64,000 nucleotides of DNA, from positions 1-64,000 of IMG/VR virus record IMGVR_UViG_3300013936_000011; one strand, written 5' to 3'. Numbering within the stretch: the first letter of the stretch is position 1; every line of letters begins with the position of its first letter. This stretch comes from a virus (Duplodnaviria > Caudoviricetes). The translations under genes and the position numbers were made by a program. A model generated the notes under the pieces. It did no database searches. It had not been told where the DNA came from and was given only the letters and a program-made list of their open reading frames with translations. Below, one piece after another: positions 7,928 to 16,420 of this stretch.

Positions 7928-7971
7928 CACAAAAACGTGTAATATTCGTGGCGACAGCCACAGCGACAGCT
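7928..7971 (-). promoter_or_regulatory. Hairpin element (spacing 1 nt shorter) plus a tandem mini-hairpin
   Basis: CACAAAAACGTGTAATATTC-GTGGC-GACA-GCCAC then AGC-GACA-GCT, upstream of 7454-7900. Confidence 0.65.
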
Positions 7972-8011
7972 TACAGATAGAACAAATAACAAGCGGCCCC
8001 GCAGGGGGCTA

Positions 8012-8392
8012 TTAAAGAACAGTAATAGTATAGCCCTTCTTGGAAAATAGGTGGCCGATAATACCTCTATGGCATTTGTTCACGTCGCGACAAAAACAAT
8101 AGATACATACATTACGTCCTTGGTCCAGTAGATGCTTAATTTCATTTAACTCGTCAATTGCTTTAGGGTCAGTTCTAAATTGGTTCATGTATCTCTTGCA
8201 ATAAATACTAAACCAATCAGGTCTATTCATATTGTTACGATACCAATAGAATAGTTCTTTGCTAGGAGCCAAGTGTATTAATCTATAATCAATACCTTTC
8301 ATATAGCCCCTAGCTACATTGATGTTAATTACGTCACCTCCTTTCATAACACCACTATGATAACTTTTCAAATACAGAGTACCTCTACTCAT
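8012..8392 (-). CDS. DUF488-like protein
   Basis: LAPSKELF...Y..RY...CIYCFC....CHR.II pattern typical of the DUF488/YeaO family. Confidence 0.7.
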   Translation of the reverse strand: MSRGTLYLKSYHSGVMKGGDVININVARGYMKGIDYRLIHLAPSKELFYWYRNNMNRPDWFSIYCKRYMNQFRTDPKAIDELNEIKHLLDQGRNVCIYCFCRDVNKCHRGIIGHLFSKKGYTITVL

Positions 8393-8403
8393 GCTATCAC
8401 CCC

Positions 8404-9042
8404 CTAGAATTCATCACCGTCAAAGTCTTCAACTTCTTCAGTTATATTTGTCGTATTTATTTTAGCCATGCTGTCATTTAATTGTTTGTCAACATTGAAG
8501 ATTAATTTGTATACTACATTATTAAGTTTATTTACGTCTGTGCCTGTTGATGGTCTTCTATCAAACTTATTAACTGAAAATACAAATCTTACATTTTTGT
8601 ATAGCACTGTTATGTCGTTACCTTTTTTATATGCAACAAATGCGTGACTTGTAACATAACCAAGGTATTTTTCTTCATTCTTGTCTGTTAAACCAGGTGC
8701 TTTATAAATCATGATGCCTTTACTTAAAAAGTCATATAAATATCTGTCTCTAAACACTGGGCTGTCAGGATTTGTGCTGTCACAAGCAGGTTCTCTGTTT
8801 GGTCTCATATGAGACTGAATAGCAGCACTTATTTTGTCAAGTTCTTCAAGAGTACCTTTAAAACCATACACAGTTGCTCTAAATACTCTTTCTGATGCCA
8901 TGAAACTATATGCATAGTTGTTAAATCTAACTACGCCATAGTATTTAAGCGAATTAGGCACTCTATACATATTAAGTATAGCGTTTACGCCTTTGTTTCC
9001 ACCAACAACAGCTAATTTGTTTTTCATTGTATATTCGTTCAT
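8404..9042 (-). CDS. Hypothetical protein, about 212 aa, directly downstream of the RNAP genes
   Basis: Track ORF 8404-9108; GGAGG at 9055-9051 favours the ATG at 9042; acidic C-terminus. Confidence 0.8.
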   Translation of the reverse strand: MNEYTMKNKLAVVGGNKGVNAILNMYRVPNSLKYYGVVRFNNYAYSFMASERVFRATVYGFKGTLEELDKISAAIQSHMRPNREPACDSTNPDSPVFRDRYLYDFLSKGIMIYKAPGLTDKNEEKYLGYVTSHAFVAYKKGNDITVLYKNVRFVFSVNKFDRRPSTGTDVNKLNNVVYKLIFNVDKQLNDSMAKINTTNITEEVEDFDGDEF

Positions 9043-9071
9043 ATCATTTACCTCCAGTAATTTAAAATAAT

Positions 9072-9100
9072 AAAAAAGGAAGACCATTACTGATCTTCCC
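9072..9100 (-). terminator. Intrinsic terminator
   Basis: GGGAAGATCA-GTAA-TGGTCTTCC then TTTTTT. Confidence 0.7.
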
Positions 9101-9124
9101 AAAAACAACTAAACTTACATATAA

Positions 9125-10825
9125 CTATCTAGTTCTAGCTACATATAAGTATTTAGCTAAATCTACATATTCTTCTTTTTCAAAGCATAGTAGATCTACA
9201 GTTTTTAATTTTAAGCCATTAAATAAAGTTGTATTGTTGAAGCCTACTGATTTAGCCTTAGTAGCTCCATCTACAACTACAGGTACATATATTTTGCTGA
9301 CACCATCTGCTGATACTTTAACTCTAGTCACGTCGCTGCTTTTTAAAGCATTTATAGCACCTTTTTTGTTCTTCACTAGTTTGCCTTCTTTTCTTTCATT
9401 TGGAGCAACTGGGAAGAAGTTATCTACTGGTATAGCTACATAGTTGTCATCTACTTGAGCGTATGGGTCATAGCTAGCTATTAATTGACCATTTACTACA
9501 GTAGCTTCACCTGTGAAGTTTTCTTCAACACAAAGTTCGAAGTCTTCACTAGCGCCATCTTCTAGTATATAGACATTACCATCAGCATAGTCGCTTGGTT
9601 TGTCTGTAACTGTAAGTGGCACATCTAGTTTGTTATCTGCATATTCAAACACTGCTATGTCACCGAATATTTTGTCAACTGCAGTTAACATTTTATTAAC
9701 TTCTACACATTTAAGATTTGCATCTTTGTAATAGAAGCCTTTGTTATCTAGGAAGCATATTTCAATTGCTAATGAATATACGTCTTTCATCTTCATGCCT
9801 TCTAGTTTTGCAACACCAAATATACAGTTTCTCAATACTGCTAAGAATTTATCTGTATATTTATCTGGTTCTTCTTCATCTGGTTGTGTGAACTTTCTAC
9901 CTCTTACTAATGAAGAAGCATAACTTATTACTCTACGTGTTTCAGGGTATAAGTCATGTAAGTTTGACAATCTCTTATAATAATTGTCGTAGTCAAAACC
10001 ATGTACTTTGGCTAGTTCACCATTAACACAGTCTTCTAAACTGTCTTTTACAGCTAGTTTCACATCGCCTATAGCGTCTTCAAATGCGTTTTCTAGCTCT
10101 TCTGGTAAAAACATTTGATAGCCTTCACCAGATCTCATAACAGCGCCTGAGTTCAAATATAAATTTGCAGTAAGCGCTTTCTTAGGGTCTCTACCTGCTT
10201 TCATGTTACCTATGCAGGCTGACCCTTTGCCAACGAACCCATGGATGTCTCTGCTGTAATGTCTGTCTCTATGTTTCTTTACATCTATAGAGCTTTCGCC
10301 TAGGGCTCTGACGATATTAACAAAGTCATTTACGAATGTATCAAATTCTTCTTCTGTTGTATCTATACCAAATGACTTGATTTGTTCTACTGCAGCTTGT
10401 ATTTCTGCTTCTGATATTCTCTTAAGTTGTCTAACCATGCCGAATCTATTAGTCATTGTTGCACAGTTTTTAGCGTCATAGATTGTTTTGATCTTTTTGC
10501 CACGAAGTTCTTTTATACTGTCTATATTCTTTATGTCTACTAATTCTTGTAAAGGAACTAGCATTTTATGTAATAAAGCTAAGCCTATTTCTGTCATTTT
10601 GCCATCTTCAAATATTAAGCTTTTCTTTATCATTAATACGTTGCTACCTCTGATGATAGTGATACCTATATCGCTGCCTAAAACTGTAGTTGATATTAAT
10701 AATGATAATGGGTCTTTTACATCTTTAATGTCTAATACTTGTTTTCTTGCTACAATTTCTTTATATGCATTGTTGCTAAGACCCATGATGTTTTCTATTT
10801 TTACGACTTTGTTTGTTTCTTTCAT
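9125..10825 (-). CDS. Probable C-terminal subunit of a split YonO/RdRP-like two-barrel RNA polymerase, 566 aa
   Basis: Directly follows the DFDGD gene; carries SDIG.. and LGESSIDVKKH, matching the IG and (V/I)DxxK motifs that follow the catalytic barrel in YonO/QDE-1-type enzymes. Confidence 0.6.
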   Translation of the reverse strand: MKETNKVVKIENIMGLSNNAYKEIVARKQVLDIKDVKDPLSLLISTTVLGSDIGITIIRGSNVLMIKKSLIFEDGKMTEIGLALLHKMLVPLQELVDIKNIDSIKELRGKKIKTIYDAKNCATMTNRFGMVRQLKRISEAEIQAAVEQIKSFGIDTTEEEFDTFVNDFVNIVRALGESSIDVKKHRDRHYSRDIHGFVGKGSACIGNMKAGRDPKKALTANLYLNSGAVMRSGEGYQMFLPEELENAFEDAIGDVKLAVKDSLEDCVNGELAKVHGFDYDNYYKRLSNLHDLYPETRRVISYASSLVRGRKFTQPDEEEPDKYTDKFLAVLRNCIFGVAKLEGMKMKDVYSLAIEICFLDNKGFYYKDANLKCVEVNKMLTAVDKIFGDIAVFEYADNKLDVPLTVTDKPSDYADGNVYILEDGASEDFELCVEENFTGEATVVNGQLIASYDPYAQVDDNYVAIPVDNFFPVAPNERKEGKLVKNKKGAINALKSSDVTRVKVSADGVSKIYVPVVVDGATKAKSVGFNNTTLFNGLKLKTVDLLCFEKEEYVDLAKYLYVARTR

Positions 10826-10863
10826 ACTACTTACCTCCAGTAATTTTTATTTTTTTTAAACAT

Positions 10864-10894
10864 AAAGAAAGAGAGACCATTTCTGATCTCTCTT
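10864..10894 (-). terminator. Terminator-like hairpin between the two RNAP genes
   Basis: AAGAGAGATCA-GAAA-TGGTCTCTCTT then TCTTT; core nearly identical to 9072-9100. Confidence 0.6.
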
Positions 10895-10909
10895 GAAGCA
10901 TGATGATGA

Positions 10910-13027
10910 TTATTTATAAGTGATTATAGCTGCTTGACCTACGTTGTTATTCTTGATTGCATATTTTCTAACAGCTAAACTAGTAAAGCCTGGTACGTGG
11001 CAATTAACTTCACCAGTTTCTTCATTTAATTCTTCGAATAAGCCATAGTGTACTAATTCATCGTTGTCATCATATTCGACTTCTTCAAAGTATATAGCTA
11101 AGTCGTCACCATCAAAATCTGAACCTGCACATTGGTTCTTCCAAGTATTGTCTGCTGGAACCATTATGCAGTTGTTTGGACAAGTTTCGTAGAATTCTAT
11201 TAAGTCTTGTTTCAATTCGTCATCTACGTCTAATACTGCAATTCTACCTTTAAGTTCTTCTAAGCTGACACATTTGAATACAGCATACTCGTCTGGAGCT
11301 TGAGATGGGTATTTAATACCTACACAAGTTCTTAAGCTATCGCTAAGTCTATTATCATATGTTCTTACTAGATGTTTTTCTTCAAATGCTGGACAATAAA
11401 CTTCTAGCATGTGAGTACCGTAACCTTCGTCAGCACCTGGTTCAACATAATCAACCCAAGTACTATTAAGGATTGAAGTACCACCAGTTAATATAATGCT
11501 GTCATCAGGAGTTAGTCTTAAGTACATAGCATTAACTGGTATATTTGCTGACGCTGTCATACTTCTTGCGAAGCTATCGTCAGCTTTAATTAGGCTTTCA
11601 CCTACATGTCTGTCATGTTCTGCTACGTCAGGATTAGCTGCTAACTTATTTTCATAAGCTTGACCTGCTAATTTTAATGTAGATGATTTGCTGTCAAATT
11701 TTAAACTGTATTTAGTTTCTCTGTTATAGAAAGCTCTAACTGCAGCCATTCTACAGAAGTGTTGAATTTCTTCTGCATAGTCTTTAGCAACTTTAGCAAC
11801 AGCTTGATTGCTTAATTTACCTGAAGTCACGTTGCTCATAGCTACTATATATAAATTGCAGCCATTTTTGATTTTAGCCATGTTGACTGCCTTGAATTCG
11901 TCTTTAGTGCCAACCAAATCTACATTGCTTAACATGGCATTTAATTTTGCTTTAGGTAATTTCTTAAGTGCTTTACCACTTATCATCTTACCGTTATACA
12001 CTAGATGACATTTGTTGATATTTTGAGCCATCATGATATTGCAATATCTTGCTATCATTCTGCCTCTGAAAAAGCGGCCATGAGCTTTCATAAGTAAAGT
12101 ATCGCATCTACCTTGTAAACTTAGGCCAAACATCATCCAAGGTTTTAATCTTGGGAATAATGTTTTAAATAGATGGTATAGTGTATCGCCATTATATCTA
12201 ACAGCACCATCTGCGAAGTTAGTACCTATTTCAGCACTGATGTCGTTGTTTTCTTCATAGTCACTGCCATAATCAAGTTCTGCATCCATAAAGAATACAT
12301 TATTGATATGACCTACCTTCATCATAGGTGTAGTTGTACATATACCTATTCTGTCGGCTATTTTACTTATGTCGTCTATACTAACGTTGTCTTTTAATAA
12401 CAGCTCAGCCCATTTATAGCCAACTGAATGGCCAGTGATAGCATCTATTTCATTGAATCTGGCTTGAGCTTGTTTTAACAAGTCACCATTCTTATCAACT
12501 ACTGCATAGTATATTCTACTGTGCTTAATAAGAGATGGTGACACAGCATAAGGCATCATTACAAGGTCAGCGTCTTTAATGTCTTTAGCAAGTCTAAACT
12601 TACCATTTTCTCTTTTGATGCCTATAAATATTAATGATCTTATTCTTTCTGCCATAACATCCTTAGTTGTCAAATCGATGATACCACTGAAGTCTACTAT
12701 ATATAGACCTTTGATGAAAGCTGCGTCTGCTTCTTTGCAGTCGCCTGTGATGTATTTTCTATTGCTAATAATTTTGCCATCTTCTTTTTTGATAGCTCTG
12801 ATGCTTCTTCTAGTGTTGTCAACTTCAAAGTTATTTAATATGTTTAACATACCAATATCTTCAAAAGTTCTTTCTACTAGAATTCTTTTCTTGCCTGTTC
12901 TTTTGCCATTAACTTTAACGTCTTCATAAACAAAGTTGAAGCCATTAACTATATTACAAGCTTCGTTTAATGGTTTAACTATTGCCTTTTGGATTTTTGT
13001 TTGTTGCCCTACAGATAAAACTTTCAT
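10910..13027 (-). CDS. Two-barrel (YonO/RdRP-like) DNA-dependent RNA polymerase, catalytic subunit, about 705 aa
   Basis: FADGAV, QGR..(K)AHG, KYPS and AGSDFDGDD (DFDGD at 11119-11105) in canonical order; AGGAGG at 13040-13035 favours the ATG at 13027. Confidence 0.8.
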   Translation of the reverse strand: MKVLSVGQQTKIQKAIVKPLNEACNIVNGFNFVYEDVKVNGKRTGKKRILVERTFEDIGMLNILNNFEVDNTRRSIRAIKKEDGKIISNRKYITGDCKEADAAFIKGLYIVDFSGIIDLTTKDVMAERIRSLIFIGIKRENGKFRLAKDIKDADLVMMPYAVSPSLIKHSRIYYAVVDKNGDLLKQAQARFNEIDAITGHSVGYKWAELLLKDNVSIDDISKIADRIGICTTTPMMKVGHINNVFFMDAELDYGSDYEENNDISAEIGTNFADGAVRYNGDTLYHLFKTLFPRLKPWMMFGLSLQGRCDTLLMKAHGRFFRGRMIARYCNIMMAQNINKCHLVYNGKMISGKALKKLPKAKLNAMLSNVDLVGTKDEFKAVNMAKIKNGCNLYIVAMSNVTSGKLSNQAVAKVAKDYAEEIQHFCRMAAVRAFYNRETKYSLKFDSKSSTLKLAGQAYENKLAANPDVAEHDRHVGESLIKADDSFARSMTASANIPVNAMYLRLTPDDSIILTGGTSILNSTWVDYVEPGADEGYGTHMLEVYCPAFEEKHLVRTYDNRLSDSLRTCVGIKYPSQAPDEYAVFKCVSLEELKGRIAVLDVDDELKQDLIEFYETCPNNCIMVPADNTWKNQCAGSDFDGDDLAIYFEEVEYDDNDELVHYGLFEELNEETGEVNCHVPGFTSLAVRKYAIKNNNVGQAAIITYK

Positions 13028-13058
13028 GTTATTACCTCCTACTAGGAAAAATATATTC

Positions 13059-13085
13059 AAGCCTTTTTAGGGCATGCTCAGGCCC
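13059..13085 (-). ncRNA. Repeated structured element, type B, copy 2, in the leader of the RNAP gene
   Basis: Minus strand GGGC-CTGAGCAT-GCCC-TAAAAAG-GCTT. Confidence 0.4.
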
Positions 13086-13135
13086 ATGAACTACTCAGCC
13101 AATCTGGTTTATGCAAATAAAAAAGAAACTTATGT

Positions 13136-13792
13136 TTATGCTCTGTTATAACGGCATAAATGCATATAAGCTTCTTTTAAGATTCTTTCTCTTTCTTTGT
13201 TGCTCATAGTGTAGACTTTTATATGAGCAAAATATCTAGCATCCTTTTCACAAGGTTGCTTTCTATAGGCAGCATAATCTACAAATGAGTTTATATATTC
13301 GTTATTGTCATATACATTATTGTCATTTTGCCATGCGTGTCTAAGTTCATGGCATATTGTATCTAGCAATGTATTTAAATCTGATATAGATCTTTTTTGT
13401 CTTATAGCTCTGTCTATATAAAAGCTATTTACGTATACATAATCGTCTACGTAATTATAGCTTCCTAAACTACATTCGTCTTTTTCATAGGCGATTGTAG
13501 ACATATTTCTACCTATTATGTCTTTTGCCAAAGTTGTCACAATTGACTTAGCTACTTCTTCCATAGCTATTTCTTTGTCGTCAATCTTTCTCATTTCAGC
13601 TCTTATAAGCTGTTTTATTGTCATAACTCCAATGTTTTCTTTTTGAAGTCTTGCAGATACTTTTTTGTATATTAATCTGCTTATTTCGTCTAATTCCTTA
13701 GCTGTTTCGTCGCTCATAGCGATTGCAAATATTGCTAAACCTGTCATAATACCAGCTAATACTAATAATACTATTTCTATCATTTTCAACAT
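13136..13792 (-). CDS. Zincin-like metallopeptidase with an N-terminal membrane anchor
   Basis: TICHELRHAWQ (HExxH) with downstream EKDA; hydrophobic N-terminus; AGGGGG SD favours the ATG at 13792. Confidence 0.7.
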   Translation of the reverse strand: MLKMIEIVLLVLAGIMTGLAIFAIAMSDETAKELDEISRLIYKKVSARLQKENIGVMTIKQLIRAEMRKIDDKEIAMEEVAKSIVTTLAKDIIGRNMSTIAYEKDECSLGSYNYVDDYVYVNSFYIDRAIRQKRSISDLNTLLDTICHELRHAWQNDNNVYDNNEYINSFVDYAAYRKQPCEKDARYFAHIKVYTMSNKERERILKEAYMHLCRYNRA

Positions 13793-13891
13793 AACCAATT
13801 CCCCCTATATGTACCTATATAATTGGATTTATATAAAGAAAGCGTATATAGGTAAAATCCATAAAACCCTATATACGCTTATATATGTATA

Positions 13892-14365
13892 TTATTTATC
13901 TAAAAGTTCTGCTATTACAGCAACAACAGCTATTATTAAAGCTGTAGCTACCATTACGCAGCCCATAGTTATTGTTGATATATTCATCATACTGCATTCT
14001 ATACTAGTATTTAATGTATCAACAGTATTGTATATTAGTTTACCTTCTTCGAATGTTACTATTGCTATATCACTATAGCTATTATCGTCTTCTTTAACTA
14101 GTCTTACTACTTCATTTTCAGTTAAGCCATTTTCTTTAGCTGTTTCTTCGCTGCATCCATTTAACATGAATGATAAGTTATCTTTAACTAATTCATGTTT
14201 AATGTCTTTTACATCTGTTGCTTCTATTACTGCTATTTGTTCTTTTGCTTCTAATATATCATCATTTCTACTTGCTGCTACACTTATTATAGATACCATT
14301 GATATTGTATCTATTACTATTACTAATACTACTAATAACATTATTTTCATTTTGTTTAACATCAT
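13892..14365 (-). CDS. Membrane protein with N- and C-terminal hydrophobic helices
   Basis: Track ORF 13892-14404; GGAGG at about 14377-14373 favours a start at 14365. Confidence 0.7.
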   Translation of the reverse strand: MMLNKMKIMLLVVLVIVIDTISMVSIISVAASRNDDILEAKEQIAVIEATDVKDIKHELVKDNLSFMLNGCSEETAKENGLTENEVVRLVKEDDNSYSDIAIVTFEEGKLIYNTVDTLNTSIECSMMNISTITMGCVMVATALIIAVVAVIAELLDK

Positions 14366-14572
14366 ACAAGGGCCTCCTACCCATATTTCATTATATACAT
14401 ACATATATAATGCTACACTGTTTGTACCATGAGATTGTAGCTTCTCATATCTTTAATTTACTAATAACTATGAATAAGCACTCCCCACACAATCATGTTT
14501 ACATATGTATGGAGTGCATATAGCTTACATATGTAAACAATACAAATAGAATACTATGTACTGGTTCAATTA

Positions 14573-14992
14573 TTATTTGCATTTACCTGATTTCTTTTTG
14601 AACCATTTCCCTACTTTGACTTTTGCATCTAGCCATTTCATTATTAGTATGTTAGAAGTAGGTCTAACACTATAATCTACTATATGGCCTGTTTTGCTGT
14701 ATTTGTAGCTGTCACCTACAAATTTAATGATTGCACTATCTTCTAGTGCATATAGTTCTTCATCTGTTAAGAACCATAGGTGATCTATTTTATCTAATAG
14801 TTCACCTTTCTTGTTGTATACTTGTACTTTTTCTAAAAGGTAAGTAGGTTGATCATTCCAACCATCCCAATCAACAACTCTGTACTTACCAATAACTGTT
14901 ATACCTTTCTTATTTTTTAGTACTTCTCTCATAATGTCCCCCATTGCAGCTGGTATGACGTTGCATATTACTCCAATACTGCTCATATACAC
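14573..14992 (-). CDS. Hypothetical protein, 139 aa; first gene of the leftward arm
   Basis: ORF track; start uncertain. Confidence 0.7.
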   Translation of the reverse strand: MYMSSIGVICNVIPAAMGDIMREVLKNKKGITVIGKYRVVDWDGWNDQPTYLLEKVQVYNKKGELLDKIDHLWFLTDEELYALEDSAIIKFVGDSYKYSKTGHIVDYSVRPTSNILIMKWLDAKVKVGKWFKKKSGKCK

Positions 14993-15204
14993 TACTCACC
15001 CAGGTCTAAGTACCCTGGGGCAACAATTCTATTGTTTGAGGAGTATATATATAAAGGTAGTACTGCTCGCAATTTTTGAAAAAATTTTTTCCCCTTATAC
15101 TGACATCATATATATTTCAAGGACGCTTATAGTTCTATTGACATCAGATGCGCGTAATATATTTATAACTATAGGTAATAAGAATAGAGATAGGAGATGG
15201 TTAT

Positions 15205-15657
15205 ATGGCTCAAGTAAAAATTAATAAAGAGAGATTTGTTGAAGGTAGATTTACAGTTAAACAAAGAGTTGTCGATACCGATGAAATAATAATAGATAAA
15301 GATGGTAATGAAGTACCTAAACAAGAAATAGTCATTCACGGTATATTTTCAACTCATGACTATATCGAAGAACTCGATACTTTAGAATCAGAACGTTATT
15401 TATTACAAGGCGTACATGTATTTGAAGAAACATTCGGTACTAACGATTATGAAATAACATATGAATTTACTGCTGATTCTCTTACTGTTAAAAAGGATTA
15501 TGTTCCAGATAAAGTCAAAGTAATTGTCGAAGCTAATCTGTATCAAGATGAAAATACAGAATACTTCCATAGTGTTAACTGGAATATAGCTGAAGGAATC
15601 TACGACGATATTATTAACGGAGGAAAGGAGGTATTAGAAGATGGCGAACAAGAGTAA
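15205..15657 (+). CDS. Hypothetical protein, 150 aa; first gene of the virion arm
   Basis: ORF with AGGAG SD; overlaps the next gene. Confidence 0.85.
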   Translation: MAQVKINKERFVEGRFTVKQRVVDTDEIIIDKDGNEVPKQEIVIHGIFSTHDYIEELDTLESERYLLQGVHVFEETFGTNDYEITYEFTADSLTVKKDYVPDKVKVIVEANLYQDENTEYFHSVNWNIAEGIYDDIINGGKEVLEDGEQE

Positions 15658-16420
15658 TAAACAAATAAGCGAATATGAATTCGAAGTAGATCAAGAAATA
15701 AGTCATGAACTTGTCGCTGACGAAGTTAAGCGTCAAGAAGTAGTAGAAAACAGAAAACGTTTAGAAAACGATTTAATTGCCGCTGATAATCCATGGGGAT
15801 ATTCTCCTGCAGGATTAGAGTCTAAAAGTGCAGCTATGGCTATGTTGTCTACTAAGTCTGGGCTTTATGCAAGAATTCCGATTACATGTAAAGGCGATTG
15901 TTGCCCATACAGTGAATCTTGCATGTTATTAAAATATGATATGGCTCCAGAAGGTGAAAAATGCGCTCTTGAGACTGCTTTAATAGAAAAGAATCTAGAG
16001 GGCTATAAACGTGATTTTGACCTAGATCCTAGTTCTTCATTTGTAGACTTCACATATGTTAAAGAACTGATAAATACAGATATAATGATAGAACGCGCCC
16101 AAGCTCTATTAACACAAGAGGGCGTAGCTGTAGAAGAAGTATATACTGGTTCTAATGAAAGAACAGGAGATGACTTCTTCAGAAAAGAAGTATCGAAAGC
16201 TCTCGAAATATATGAAAAACATTGCAGACGTAGAGATAAGATACTTGATAATATGTTAGCTACACGTAAAGCTAAAGCACAAATGAAACAAGGTGACGAA
16301 AAATCTATTTACGATATGATTCAAGAAAATATAAATATGGATTATGTAATAGAAGAAGTCCCTGAAGAATTCCAAGAAGAATATAGCACCAACAACGATA
16401 CTAATAATGAAGAGGAGTGA
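15641..16420 (+). CDS. Cys-motif protein, 259 aa; candidate terminase small subunit
   Basis: CxxxxCPYxxxC...C motif with helical C-half; position upstream of the terminase (function inferred only). Confidence 0.45.
   Translation: MANKSNKQISEYEFEVDQEISHELVADEVKRQEVVENRKRLENDLIAADNPWGYSPAGLESKSAAMAMLSTKSGLYARIPITCKGDCCPYSESCMLLKYDMAPEGEKCALETALIEKNLEGYKRDFDLDPSSSFVDFTYVKELINTDIMIERAQALLTQEGVAVEEVYTGSNERTGDDFFRKEVSKALEIYEKHCRRRDKILDNMLATRKAKAQMKQGDEKSIYDMIQENINMDYVIEEVPEEFQEEYSTNNDTNNEEE

Noticed and set aside
1377-7947. TTCACA...TATTC or minus-strand TTGTGA read as sigma-A -35/-10 promoters
   Set aside because: On + the spacing is about 11 nt and points away from the genes; on the minus strand the copy I checked (1377-1383) has no -10 box 17 nt downstream, and others were not checked exhaustively
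501-7971. Hairpin repeats read as a CRISPR array or as terminators
   Set aside because: Spacing is irregular with whole genes between copies and no cas genes; most lack a U-tract in the transcribed direction and separate terminators sit next to them
1661-15224. Plus-strand ORFs in the left arm and nested 6360-6635, 7573-7830
   Set aside because: Antisense or alternate-frame shadows of SD-supported minus-strand genes
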